A stretch of DNA of 64,000 bases, taken from assembly GCF_009914755.1 (NCBI RefSeq), contig NC_060928.1. The stretch is one strand, 5' to 3'. Each line of letters starts with the position of its first letter. Position 1 is the first letter of the stretch. The notes below the pieces were generated by a model, which had not been told where the DNA came from, did no database searches, and worked only from the letters and a program-made list of their open reading frames with translations. Made by a program: the position numbers and the translations under genes. This document shows positions 53,671 to 64,000 of this stretch, piece by piece. The DNA comes from the human T2T-CHM13v2.0 reference genome, Homo sapiens.

Positions 53671-56600
53671 TCATGTATTTTAATTTCTATATTTTGACAC
53701 ATGAACTATTTGATTTCCTTAAATCAAACTACTATGCAGAAATAACAGAGAAAATTTCTGTTATTTCCTACTTAAACATTTTCATGTAACTACCCGATTG
53801 GTTCTACGTTTCTGTTAATATTTGGAAAATACCTTAAATACTTCCACGTAATAACACTGCTCAAACTATTCAAAATATTGATTAGATTTTTTTATTTTAA
53901 AAAATGTATAGCACAAACATTATTTGTTTTTGTGATTTTAATATCTCTTAAATGTACCATTTGACAAATGCTTTTAAATTAAAATACTATAACTGATAAG
54001 AAAAAACAGTCTCAAAGAATAAGGCTGTTTTGAGATTTTTTTTAAGCCTTTCAGACAACCCCTATGATAGCTGGTAAGACATATTAGAATACTATAAAAT
54101 ATGAGTTAGAATCACTATCTTTATTAGATTAGGAGAACTGAATAAAGGACATAACTGTATTCACTCTGAGGCTACTATTTTCCTCCTTTGTTCTTCAAAA
54201 ATATAACTCTTTTTGTAGAATGTCTACCACTGTAGTTAAATTCAACTCATAGGATGCAGTTATAGGTCAGAATCTAGCAAAATATATTAGAAGCAATCTA
54301 AGCATTTAAATTTTTCTTAAATATGAGGTGAAAAGACAAACAGCATGGCAAGAGTTAATTGAAACATTCCTGTTTGAGAGACTGCATGGAGGAGTGGGGG
54401 CTGGTGGACAGTGAGAGGAGGGAGCTAGGCCGAGAGATGCAGAGTTAATCAGGGAGCAAATCCAAAGCCAGGCATGGATAGGCCTCACTAATGAGCCTCA
54501 AGTACCCTGCAGTGGTTTTCAAACTTAACTGGCTTCAAACGATGCCACCCCATGACAGAATGCAGCTAGCCATAAGAGGAGGGTGATTAGAATAAATGAC
54601 TGGAGTAATTAACTCTGATGTGAAACCACCTGATTGGAAAAGAGAAGCCAAGAGCTATTTAGCTGATGGTCCTCCAGTAGAAAAAGGAAGCTTTCCCTTT
54701 CTCTTGTGTGGGTGTTCAGTTAGAACTCAACTCTTTCAAGTAGGTATTTGGTAGCACTAATGAAAAGCAGCTTTCATTCAAGGGCCTCTCAAGGGCCTTA
54801 CCATTCATTTTGAAAGGGGAAGAAAATAAAAGCTTCAAAGTAGAACTAATTTACTTTACTCCCCTACCTCTTAGTGAATTTTGCATTAGTGAAGTCTGCA
54901 TTAGTATTTATGCTAACAAATTTACCTCCAAATAACGTCATCAAATACTAAAAATTTTATTTATAGAATAACTAGATATTAAGGCTAATTAAAATTTTTT
55001 AAATTTTCCTTTCTTTAAAAGTGTTTTAGAAAACTAAACTTATAATTTATAATTAATTGTTGATTAGTTACAGCACTTCCTTTACTCTAGAATGAGGGAG
55101 AAGTAAAACATAAATGGGGTACATCTGTTTTTGAAGAGAAACCAGAGAATAAGGTGGAGGTAAGGAAAGAAAGAACACATATTTTTGCAAAAAGACAGTT
55201 TTCTTACAGTGCAAATTGAGCCAAAGAATCCACCACACTCTCTGGCCTGCTTTATTTTATAAAAAGAGGAATTACAAAGACTTGGGGCATTACTGCCTGC
55301 TGTTTTACAAGTAATCATCAATTCATTGGGCCAATGTTGTTCTGTACCTGCTGAGTTAATGTTCCTCGGCACACCCCTCCCCCAAAAACAGGTTCACAAG
55401 CTGCCCAGTAACAACTACAGCGTAAGTAGCACATGTAACTTAGCAAATGTTTATGCCGAAACTCGGATTTATTTGACAGCTTTACACCTTTGGGCATGAT
55501 ATAATTAAATGTTTTGACAGCTAAACAAAAACTGTATAAATTTAAAAGCTATTAGGAGCTCAGCATCTAGAATCAAAATGAAGTAATTTGCTTATACCCT
55601 AAGCTACTTTTAGTAATGCATTCCAATAAAAAGCATGAAGAAAGGGATAAATGTCTATCCGAATGTTTTAGCTAATTCGTTCATATTCTTCTATGAAGAA
55701 TATTCTCCTTATACTGATAATAAATGGCATCTTAAAAAGGCAACATAAACGCATTTAAGATTGTCAATATAATCCCTAAACTCTATCTCTGGATATTTTC
55801 TGTAACTTTAGAAATGGTAATATTAAAAAGACATAGACTAAGAAATAGTATATTACTGTATTTTTAAAAGGCCACCATGTGCTATAAAAAAGGATTGAAA
55901 GCAACACAGGGACAGTGAGGTATCCTTCAAACTCAGCCATTAATAACTCAAGGGGGTTAATCCTCATTCTCTCAAGGTGCCGGTTCCAGATTTTCACAAT
56001 ATGCTATGCTGCTGTAGTCCTCCGAGATTTCAGTGCTCACTTCATAATACCCCCAATTCACAGTTTACCTTCGGAGAAAACTACTGTTCATTATCTGAGC
56101 TCCAGAAAATGTTCCCATCAGTGGTACTACTTTAACACAAGATTTAAAAACTCAGATACTTCCTTAAAAAGGAAAAAAAAATACTATAAAGCAAAACTGT
56201 CCATTAAACTACAATTTTTTAGAAAATGAAAGGTTGTTTTATACCCACCATATGGCATCACATTATCACTCTGGACAGCACATACAGAGTACTGGCTAAC
56301 AGTCTAACAAAAGTTAAATTTAAACAGCATCTAAGTTAGAACATTACTGAAGCATTTTCAGGCTATGTATATACAAAAACATTTAAAATTTACTTTTCAT
56401 TATGTAACAATCTAAGGAATACTGTATCTTCACTAAAGGTAACAACGATCAGTTGTTTATTTAAAAAAACAAATCACTAAAATGTTTGAAAACCAGTCCA
56501 CTTTTCATGTGGATGTTTATATTTCACTTAATCATCCTTCTTGGAAAGACAGCTCTAAAGGAAGAAAATACTGAGAACCAAATCCTGTTTAACTTACACA

Positions 56601-57959
56601 AGGTGATGTCAAGTAATTTAAAAAACATATTCTAAAAAGAGCTTCTTCTGTACACATCTAAAGACATTACTGCATTATCTAATTGTTCTCTTCCTCTCAC
56701 TCATGTTAACAGGATAGATGTCTTTTTGTGTACCATATTTGGTTTCACTGGCACATAGCCTGAAAACAGATTAAACTGTTTGGAGTGTTCAAATATCTGA
56801 TGGTGTATGGACTGTGGGAATAAGAGACTGGAGACTCAGAAGCTGATAGTTCCCAAACAGCTATTTTCCTTCTTTCTTTTTTAAAAATAAATGAACCTTG
56901 AGTCAGATTAATTAAACACTGGTTATAAGACTCAATATTCCTAGTAGATAAATAGATGTTTGAAGACTTAGTCAATTTCAGGCCCAAAAGTAAGTATTAC
57001 TAGGTGTAAAATTTGTTTAAAAGATGTCATTAAAATATTACATATTAAGGTGGTCCTCTTAATATAATCTTGATGTCTTTTAACTATCTCATTCTTTCTC
57101 TTCTCCATGGACATCATGTTTTGCAAAATGTTATCAAATAATCAAATGTTATAAAATAATCTCACAAAGATGCATATATCTGCCAGACCTTCTGATTAGG
57201 AGATAACCAGTGGTGCTAACCTGATATAATTTAGCTGAAAGCACAAGAAGGTTGAATTTAACCCAGGTTGCCTTTTTATAGGTAAATGTACTATGTTCAG
57301 AATGCTTAGAAATTGCTGTGGTGGCTCTAATGGTTCAACAACCTTTGGCTGAGACCCACTGAACACATACAAACATATGATGCCTAAAAAAATATACTTT
57401 TTTTTTTTAGACCAAACACCTTTGTTTCAGGTACTGCTAAGAAATATAAGAGCTGCAAAATAATTATAACAAAATGCTTACTTATGCAGAATTTTAACTT
57501 TAGATTCATTGAAAGAACTATCAAACTTTTTGACATAGATTTTGCTAAGTATTGTACGTATATAAAAAAGAAAATATAAATGAAATATTTGTAAAATGTT
57601 TGAGAGTCTACCTCTTCTGAAATGCTTCCTGATTCAAAGGTGTTGATTTCTGTGTTTCTCCATATAGTACTGTCCTCCATGCCTTTATAAGAGCATTAGT
57701 GAGGCAGCATTTTTTAAAGAGTCCTCCATTATTACATTTGAACTTTTCTTCCAAGTATCATACTACAAATTATGATGCTGACATGTTCTTGATCTTTTTG
57801 ACAGCCTTGTACACGTGCCTTAGGGCTCCCAGTGCTTTCTTCATGACTGCTCAATTTCTAGCCTCTTCTAGTTTAACTATGATACTTCTATCTCAACGCC
57901 TCCACTGTGATAACTCTATCTTAAAACTTACCAAAATACATTAAGAAATAATGTTTTGT

Positions 57960-58715
57960 GGAGTGGAAGACAGTTTGGCAGTTTCTTACAAAACTAAACA
58001 TTCTCTTACCATATGATCTAGCAGTTGCACTCTTTGGTACTTACCCAAATGAGAGGAAAATTTATGCTCACACAAAATCCTTAACATAAATGCTTACAGA
58101 AGTTTTATTCACAATTGCCAAAAGTTGGAAACAACCAAGATATATTTTAGTAGGTGAATGGATAAACAAACTATGGTCCATCCATACAATGGAATATTAT
58201 TCCAAAATAAAAAGAAATGAGCTATCAAGTCACACAAAGACATAGAGGAATCTTAAATGCATGCTACTAAATGAAAGAAGCCAATCTGAAAAGGTTACAT
58301 ACTATATGATTCCAACTATATGATACATTGGAAAAGGCAAAACTATGGGGACTATAAAAAGATCAGTGGTTGCCAGGAGTGGAGGAGGAAGGGGGAATGA
58401 ATAGGTGGAGCATAAGGAATTTTTAGGACAGTAAAACTATTCTGTATGGTACTATACATTTGTCAAAACCTACAGGAAGTCTAACATAAAAGTGAACCCT
58501 AATATAAACCAAAGACTTTAGTTAATAATAATGTATTGATATTGGCTCATCAGTTATAACACAGTAAGTGTACCACACTAATGCAAGATGTTAATAATAT
58601 GGTGTACTGAGATGAGGAATAGTAAGAGGTATATATGAGAACTCTCTAAAGGTTCTGCTCAAATTTTCTGTAAGACTAAAACTGCTCCAAAAAATAAAAC
58701 TGATAATTTTTTAAA
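57960..58715 (+). mobile_element. L1MC-type 3' end
   Basis: tggaagacagtttggcagtttcttacaaaactaaacat..ccatatgatctagcag..gaaagaagccaatctgaaaaggttacatact..gtaccacactaatgcaagatgttaataat. Confidence 0.88.
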
Positions 58716-59036
58716 ACATGATGTTTATATTTTTCTCCTCTTCTTTGTCTTCCAAAGAATATCTCATGCCTAAGAAAGTTGCTGGCACATATTATGGGTT
58801 TCAATTGCTACTTTCTAAAGCGAAAGGAGTATGGAACCCAAAAGAAGGATCTCAAACCCTTCATTCCCACCAAATGTGCCACGGCCTACAGAGAAAGAAG
58901 CATTAATTAACACATTTAATTAATTAAACTCACACTTTTCATATCACGTATATGAACATGTTCTAGTATCAATATTAATATATAATCTATCTCCTTTTCA
59001 TAGTAGGTTGAAAAGCATGAGCTGCAAGCTACTAAA

Positions 59037-59344
59037 TTTTTTTTTTTTTTTTTTTTTTTTTTTGGAGACAGAGTCTCACTCTGTCACCCAGCCTGCAGTG
59101 CAGTGGCGTGATCCCGGCTCACTCCAACCCCTGTCTCCTGGGTTCAAGCGATTCTCCTGACTCAGCCTCCTGAGTAGCTGGGATTACAGTCGCCCGCCAC
59201 CACACCTGGCTAATTTTTGTATTTTTAGTAAAGATGGGGTTTCACCATGTTGGCCAGGCTGGTCTCAAACTCCTGACCTCAGGTGATCTGCCTGCCTCGG
59301 TCTCCAAAGTGTCAGATTACAGGCACAAGCCACCGCGCCTGGCC
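59037..59344 (-). mobile_element. AluS
   Basis: Reverse dimer; TSD gcaagctacta. Confidence 0.94.
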
Positions 59345-60181
59345 GCAAGCTACTATTTATCTAATATTTATATCTCTTATTATGTTCAGGGTACTCTGGC
59401 TGTGTCCTGTGGGATAAAGACAAATGAGGCATTCTATACTTGCCCTGGAGGAACTCCAGTCTAATGGAGACACAGGAAAACAAGTATGTCCAAAGGTACA
59501 TGGAAAGCAGAGAGCTGAGAACATAAAACAAGCTTAAGCAATATTATATAACTTATTTTATAAATATATAATATTAAATAATGCTATTTTCTATATTTGT
59601 TAGGTAAAAATGTGACTCACATGAATTAACACTCAAGATACCATAAAGCTTAAAGTTTTAAATGCTGTCTATATTCCTATCCTAAAAATATTTCCTCAAA
59701 TTATCCTTAAACAAATTATGAACTGCCTTTATGAAGCATATTTCATTTTCTTCAATTATTTCAGCCTTTGGTTCATAGTCCTATTCCCTGTCATCATTCT
59801 TGATAGCTTCAGCATTTCATCTAATGGTTCTTCTCTGGAAGCCTTCCTTTTCTACTCATTTTAGCCACTTTTAAGCATTAATGTACCTTTGATTTAATAA
59901 GCCATGTGATTCAAGTCTGCATGAACCATTATCTCTTATTCTATCAGTTAATTTTTCTGTCAGATGCTCGTTATGCTAACTTCTTGTGACTCCTTTTAGT
60001 TCTTAAATTACAAAGATAATACAATAAAAACAACCAGTAAGTGTTTGCTTACTATTTATTTGAGTACTGTGATAATTTCTATAAATAATATCAATTAATT
60101 CTCAATTTTATGTCTCCAAAGTAGGTGCACCAAACCACTACACCGTATTTTATTTCTGTATAAAATATTATTGAAAATGTT

Positions 60182-60450
60182 GGCTGGGCATGGTGACGCA
60201 TGCCTGTAATCCCAGCAATTTGAGAGGCTGAGGTGGGAGGATCACTTAAGCCCAGGAGTTCAAGACCAGCCTGAGCAACATGGCGAAACACCCTCTCTAC
60301 AAAAATTAGCTGTATGTAGTGGCACACGCTTGTGGTTCCAGCTAGTAGGGAGGCTGTGAGCCCAGACCATGCCACTGCACTCCAGCCTGGGTGACAGAGC
60401 AAGATCCCATCTCCAAAAAAAAAAAAAAAAGGAAAGGAAAAGAAAAAAAA
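60182..60450 (+). mobile_element. AluJ with right-arm deletion
   Basis: Alu consensus blocks, A-rich tail. Confidence 0.9.
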
Positions 60451-60636
60451 TCCAAAAGATCTGGAGTCATAGCCTGGGTAAAATGGTTTTGAAATCTTGG
60501 GCAATACTTAACTTCTTAAAGCTTCAATTTATTCCTCATTTAAATGTAAAAACAATATGTTCCTTATAAAATATCCTTATTATTAAATTATATGCCTGGT
60601 ACGCAGTAAGTTCTTACTAGATATTAGTTCTCCTCC

Positions 60637-60974
60637 TGTGATGGCCAGCCTCCAAGATGGCCCTTGATGATTTTCATCTCCTATACTAAGTACAGCTGAC
60701 CTGTGTAAGCAATAAGATAGTGCAGAGGTGACAGTGGGAGTTCGAAGACTAGTCATAAAAGATATTGTGGCTTCCCTCCTCCTCTCTTTTGAATCATTTG
60801 ATCTGAGAAATGCTCCATATGGTGAGGATACTCAAGCAATCCTATGGAGAGTGTCATGTGGAACTGAGGCCTCCTGCCAACATGTCAACAATGCGAGACA
60901 TTTTGGAAGCAGATATTCCACCCTCGGTCATACATTCAGATGACTGCAGCCTCAGCAAACAGCTTGACTACAAT

Positions 60975-61057
<83 letters not shown>

Positions 61058-61197
61058 ATGACCCAGAGCCACCTAGCTAAGCCACTCTCAAATTTCTTAC
61101 TCAAAGAGACTATGAGAAAAAAAAAAGAAATGTTTATTGTTGTTCTAGCTGTTGTATTTTTGAGTAATTTATTACATAGCAACTAACAACCAATACA
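60637..61197 (+). mobile_element. MLT1F-like solo LTR containing a (TG)n(AG)n microsatellite at 60978-61055
   Basis: tgtgatggccagcctccaagatggcc..gaactgaggcctcctgccaac..cagatgactgcagcc..ccaataca. Confidence 0.85.
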
Positions 61198-62047
61198 ACT
61201 CCTGGTCCATATTTTTCTCAGACCTGCTTTACCTGTTTGAACCCACACTGAACCACATGGTGGTTATTTTCAACTAGGTTTTTAAGATGTAACCTAGACT
61301 CTCATCAACTTGACTGCTCTCCATACCTACTTTGTTAATCCCTAATCTTGGTGAATCCCATGATCTAATTTTCTGGCTTCTACATATGGGCTGCCATAAT
61401 TTGTTAGAGAAAAATCAAAACATATACTAATAATTTTACTATAAATCCAAGCTATCTTCAGCTGACCCTCAAAATACTCACTATTTTTGTGTTTCTAGTT
61501 CACTAACATCATATTTCCTTCAGTAGCTGCCCTCAATTACACAGCTGCCACACTTTCCTTCTCAGAAGAGTATCTGGCTGGCCTTTGACTTCAAAATGAG
61601 GACATCATTAAATTTTTCTTGATTTTTTTCTTCTCCATTGCATAATGTTTATATTTCAACCTTACCTCTCCTCTTTTCCCTGTGTTTGGAGTAGAAAGTG
61701 TTATCCACTTTCTATATTAATTCAGTGCCCTCATACCATCTAAAAATATGCTATGTACTGGTTTTCAGTTTCTCCCCTTCTAAGACATTCCTTTTCTGAG
61801 ACTATTATCTGCTCCAGATTCTGCTACCTAAAAAGAATTTATTCTTTAACTCCACTAACATCCCAGAATCACCTCTTCTTTCATGGACACCATACTTCTC
61901 AAAAGCCACGTTCACCCACTCTGTAATCTTCACTCCTTCACTCAATTCCTTGAAATCTAGATTTTACCACAAACACTCCATGAAAACTTCCAATACTCTC
62001 CCTTTTATGTACGGATGAAACGTTTCTCCCTCTATGAGAGTGAACTA

Positions 62048-62390
62048 TTGTGGCAGAGACTGCTGTTTTTTATCTGCTAACCACTCCTTATTTTCTTTAA
62101 TAATAAAAATTTCACTTAGCCAGAGACACATTTCCTTGTCTCCCTTATAACCTGATAAGGCCATGTGCTCAAGTTATGGCTAATGAGATATAAACAGAAG
62201 TAATGTGTTCCACTTCCAGTTGCTCATCTCAAAAGGAATGGGCATAGTTCCTTTCCTTCTTCTTACTGGCTATGAAGTAGACCCACCTTGAACCCAGAGA
62301 TGGGAGTCACATGTTATAGCTGGAAGATTCATTCTCAGCTTCAGACTCCTGCTCTCTGTACTATTACATGAGAGAAAAACGAGAAGATAT
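62048..62390 (+). mobile_element. MLT1J-like LTR fragment
   Basis: tgtggcagagactgctg..ggccatgtgctcaagtt..ggctaatgagatataaacagaagt. Confidence 0.7.
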
Positions 62391-62401
62391 AAATGATACT
62401 G

Positions 62402-62638
62402 CAGGTTGGGCATACCTAATCCAAAAATTCAAAATACGAAATGCTCCAAAGTCTGAAATTTTTTTGATCACCAACATGATGCTAAAAGGAAATGCTTATT
62501 GAAGAATTTCAGATTTCAGATTTTTGAATTAGGGATGCTCAACCGTAAGTATAGTGCAAATATTCCAAAATGTAAAGGAAATCCAAAACCTGAAATACTT
62601 CTGGTCCCAAGCATTTCAGGTAAGGGATACTCAACTGG
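62402..62638. mobile_element. Tigger4a (MER46A)
   Basis: caggttgggcatacctaatcc..aaatgctccaaa..cttctggtcccaagcatttcaggtaagggatactcaac. Confidence 0.88.
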
Positions 62639-62763
62639 TACATATAACATATCAAAAGTGTATAATTCTTAAGTATGTGAATGAGAAATAGTAAGACTCC
62701 AAAATACAGTTGCTTAAACATCCGAAAGAATAGCTTAGCCTGAACCATAACTAATATACTCAG

Positions 62764-63205
62764 TGTACGGTCAGGGTCCTAGCAGGAAACAGAAGACATA
62801 ATCAGATGAAAATCTGAAGATAATTTAATAAAGGTTCTATTCACAAAAAGCATCAAGGGAACCAACAAACTATTTTGAGAAACCTGCAGGCTTGTAACAA
62901 CAAGAGGGCATATAACCCATAAGCCTGTAAGAGTAAGGGGGGAATTAGTATTACTGAAGCTCGTTGAGTGCTAAAGCTATAGAAGGGAGGCTGTCTGGCT
63001 GTAGCTGTAGCTTTAACTATTGCTGTAGAGGGCCTACAGCCCTGAAGCAGGCAGGAAGCGGGAGCAAGAAAAAATGTGACCCCGTTCTCCTCCTGCAGTC
63101 CTGTCTCCTGTTTTTCATAGTGATCAGCCCTACAAGGCATAAGGGGGACAGAAGGGAGTTGTGGGTAATGACCTGGGGGGTAATGCTGGAGGATAATCAG
63201 AACAC
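62764..63205 (-). mobile_element. Old MaLR (MLT1N/M-like) LTR
   Basis: tgtacggtcagggtcctagcaggaaacagaagac..tttaataaagg. Confidence 0.55.
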
Positions 63206-63313
63206 CTATTAATAAATTAAAAGTGTATTATTACATCAGGATTGGCTACTTTTGACCACGCTGAAGCATATTTTTAACCATCCAATTCCTCTTGAAACAG
63301 TCTCTCTACTTAC

Positions 63314-63601
63314 TTTTTTTTTGTTTTGAGATGGAGTCTCACTATGTCACCTAGGCTGGAATGCAGTGGCATGATGTCGGCTCACTGCAAACTCCGCCTC
63401 CCGAGTTCAAGTGGATTCTCCTGCCTCAGCCTCCCGAGTAGCTGGGATTACAGGTGCGCACCACCACACCTGTATTTTTTTTTTTTTTGAATTTTTAGTA
63501 GAGACGGGATTTCACCATGTTGGCCTCAATCTCCTGACCTCGTGATCCGCTTTGGCCTCACAAAGTGCTGGGATTACAGGTGTGAGCCACCAAGCCCAGC
63601 C
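63314..63601 (-). mobile_element. AluS
   Basis: Reverse dimer; TSD tctacttact. Confidence 0.93.
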
Positions 63602-64000
63602 TCTACTTACTACTTAACACTAATGCACTCTTCTATCACTGCTCCTGATACCATTTTATAGGTTCCTCTTTCTCTTCTTGTTTTCTGAAAGAAAACTATT
63701 TCCCAGGGCTCTGTTTTTGGATTTTTGGGCTCTATGTGGTATTGCAGGGTGAAGTCATAAACCCTCTATCTTCGACCATCACTCACTATAGATAAGCACC
63801 AAATCTCCATCTCTAACACTGATCTCTCCCCTGGAGCTAGATCAAAGGTTGCATATTTAAGTATCTATGGAATCCAGATAGGTAAAAATAATTAATTAGG
63901 CAAACAATATAACACATTAGAGAGAGAGAAGGGCTGCAGAAATCTAGAAAGATATGCCTACCTATATCTACAGGGGTGGCTATTGCTGAGTTCCAGTTGA

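Overview
Primate (most likely human) genomic DNA, AT-rich and Alu-containing, lying entirely inside the 3' part of the BEACH-domain gene LRBA on the minus strand. Four GT-AG coding exons splice in frame: 37842-38009 (168 nt), 13656-13745 (90 nt), 9020-9197 (178 nt; 193 nt with an alternative acceptor at 9212) and 3391-3453 (63 nt). They encode the end of the BEACH domain and the linker toward the WD40 repeats. The 90-nt and 63-nt exons are absent from the ORF track. The rest is intron: about 21 Alus, L1/L2/MIR fossils, solo LTRs, DNA-transposon MITEs, microsatellites and several TE-free, homeobox-motif-rich blocks that may be enhancers (LRBA hosts the nested gene MAB21L2 outside this window). 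I found no evidence of a wholly new gene or system. The most interesting signals are (i) a weak donor allowing read-through to a short C-terminus (GLSLPSLFAIH*) that would drop all WD40 repeats; (ii) tandem acceptors (+/-YLLLQ) behind a 136-nt AG-free zone; and (iii) two near-identical local copy events within ancient repeats, a ~245-bp inverted copy (5831-6074/7876-8126) and a 129-bp direct copy (19855-19983/23416-23544). Repeat subfamily names come from recalled consensus sequences, and repeat boundaries are approximate.
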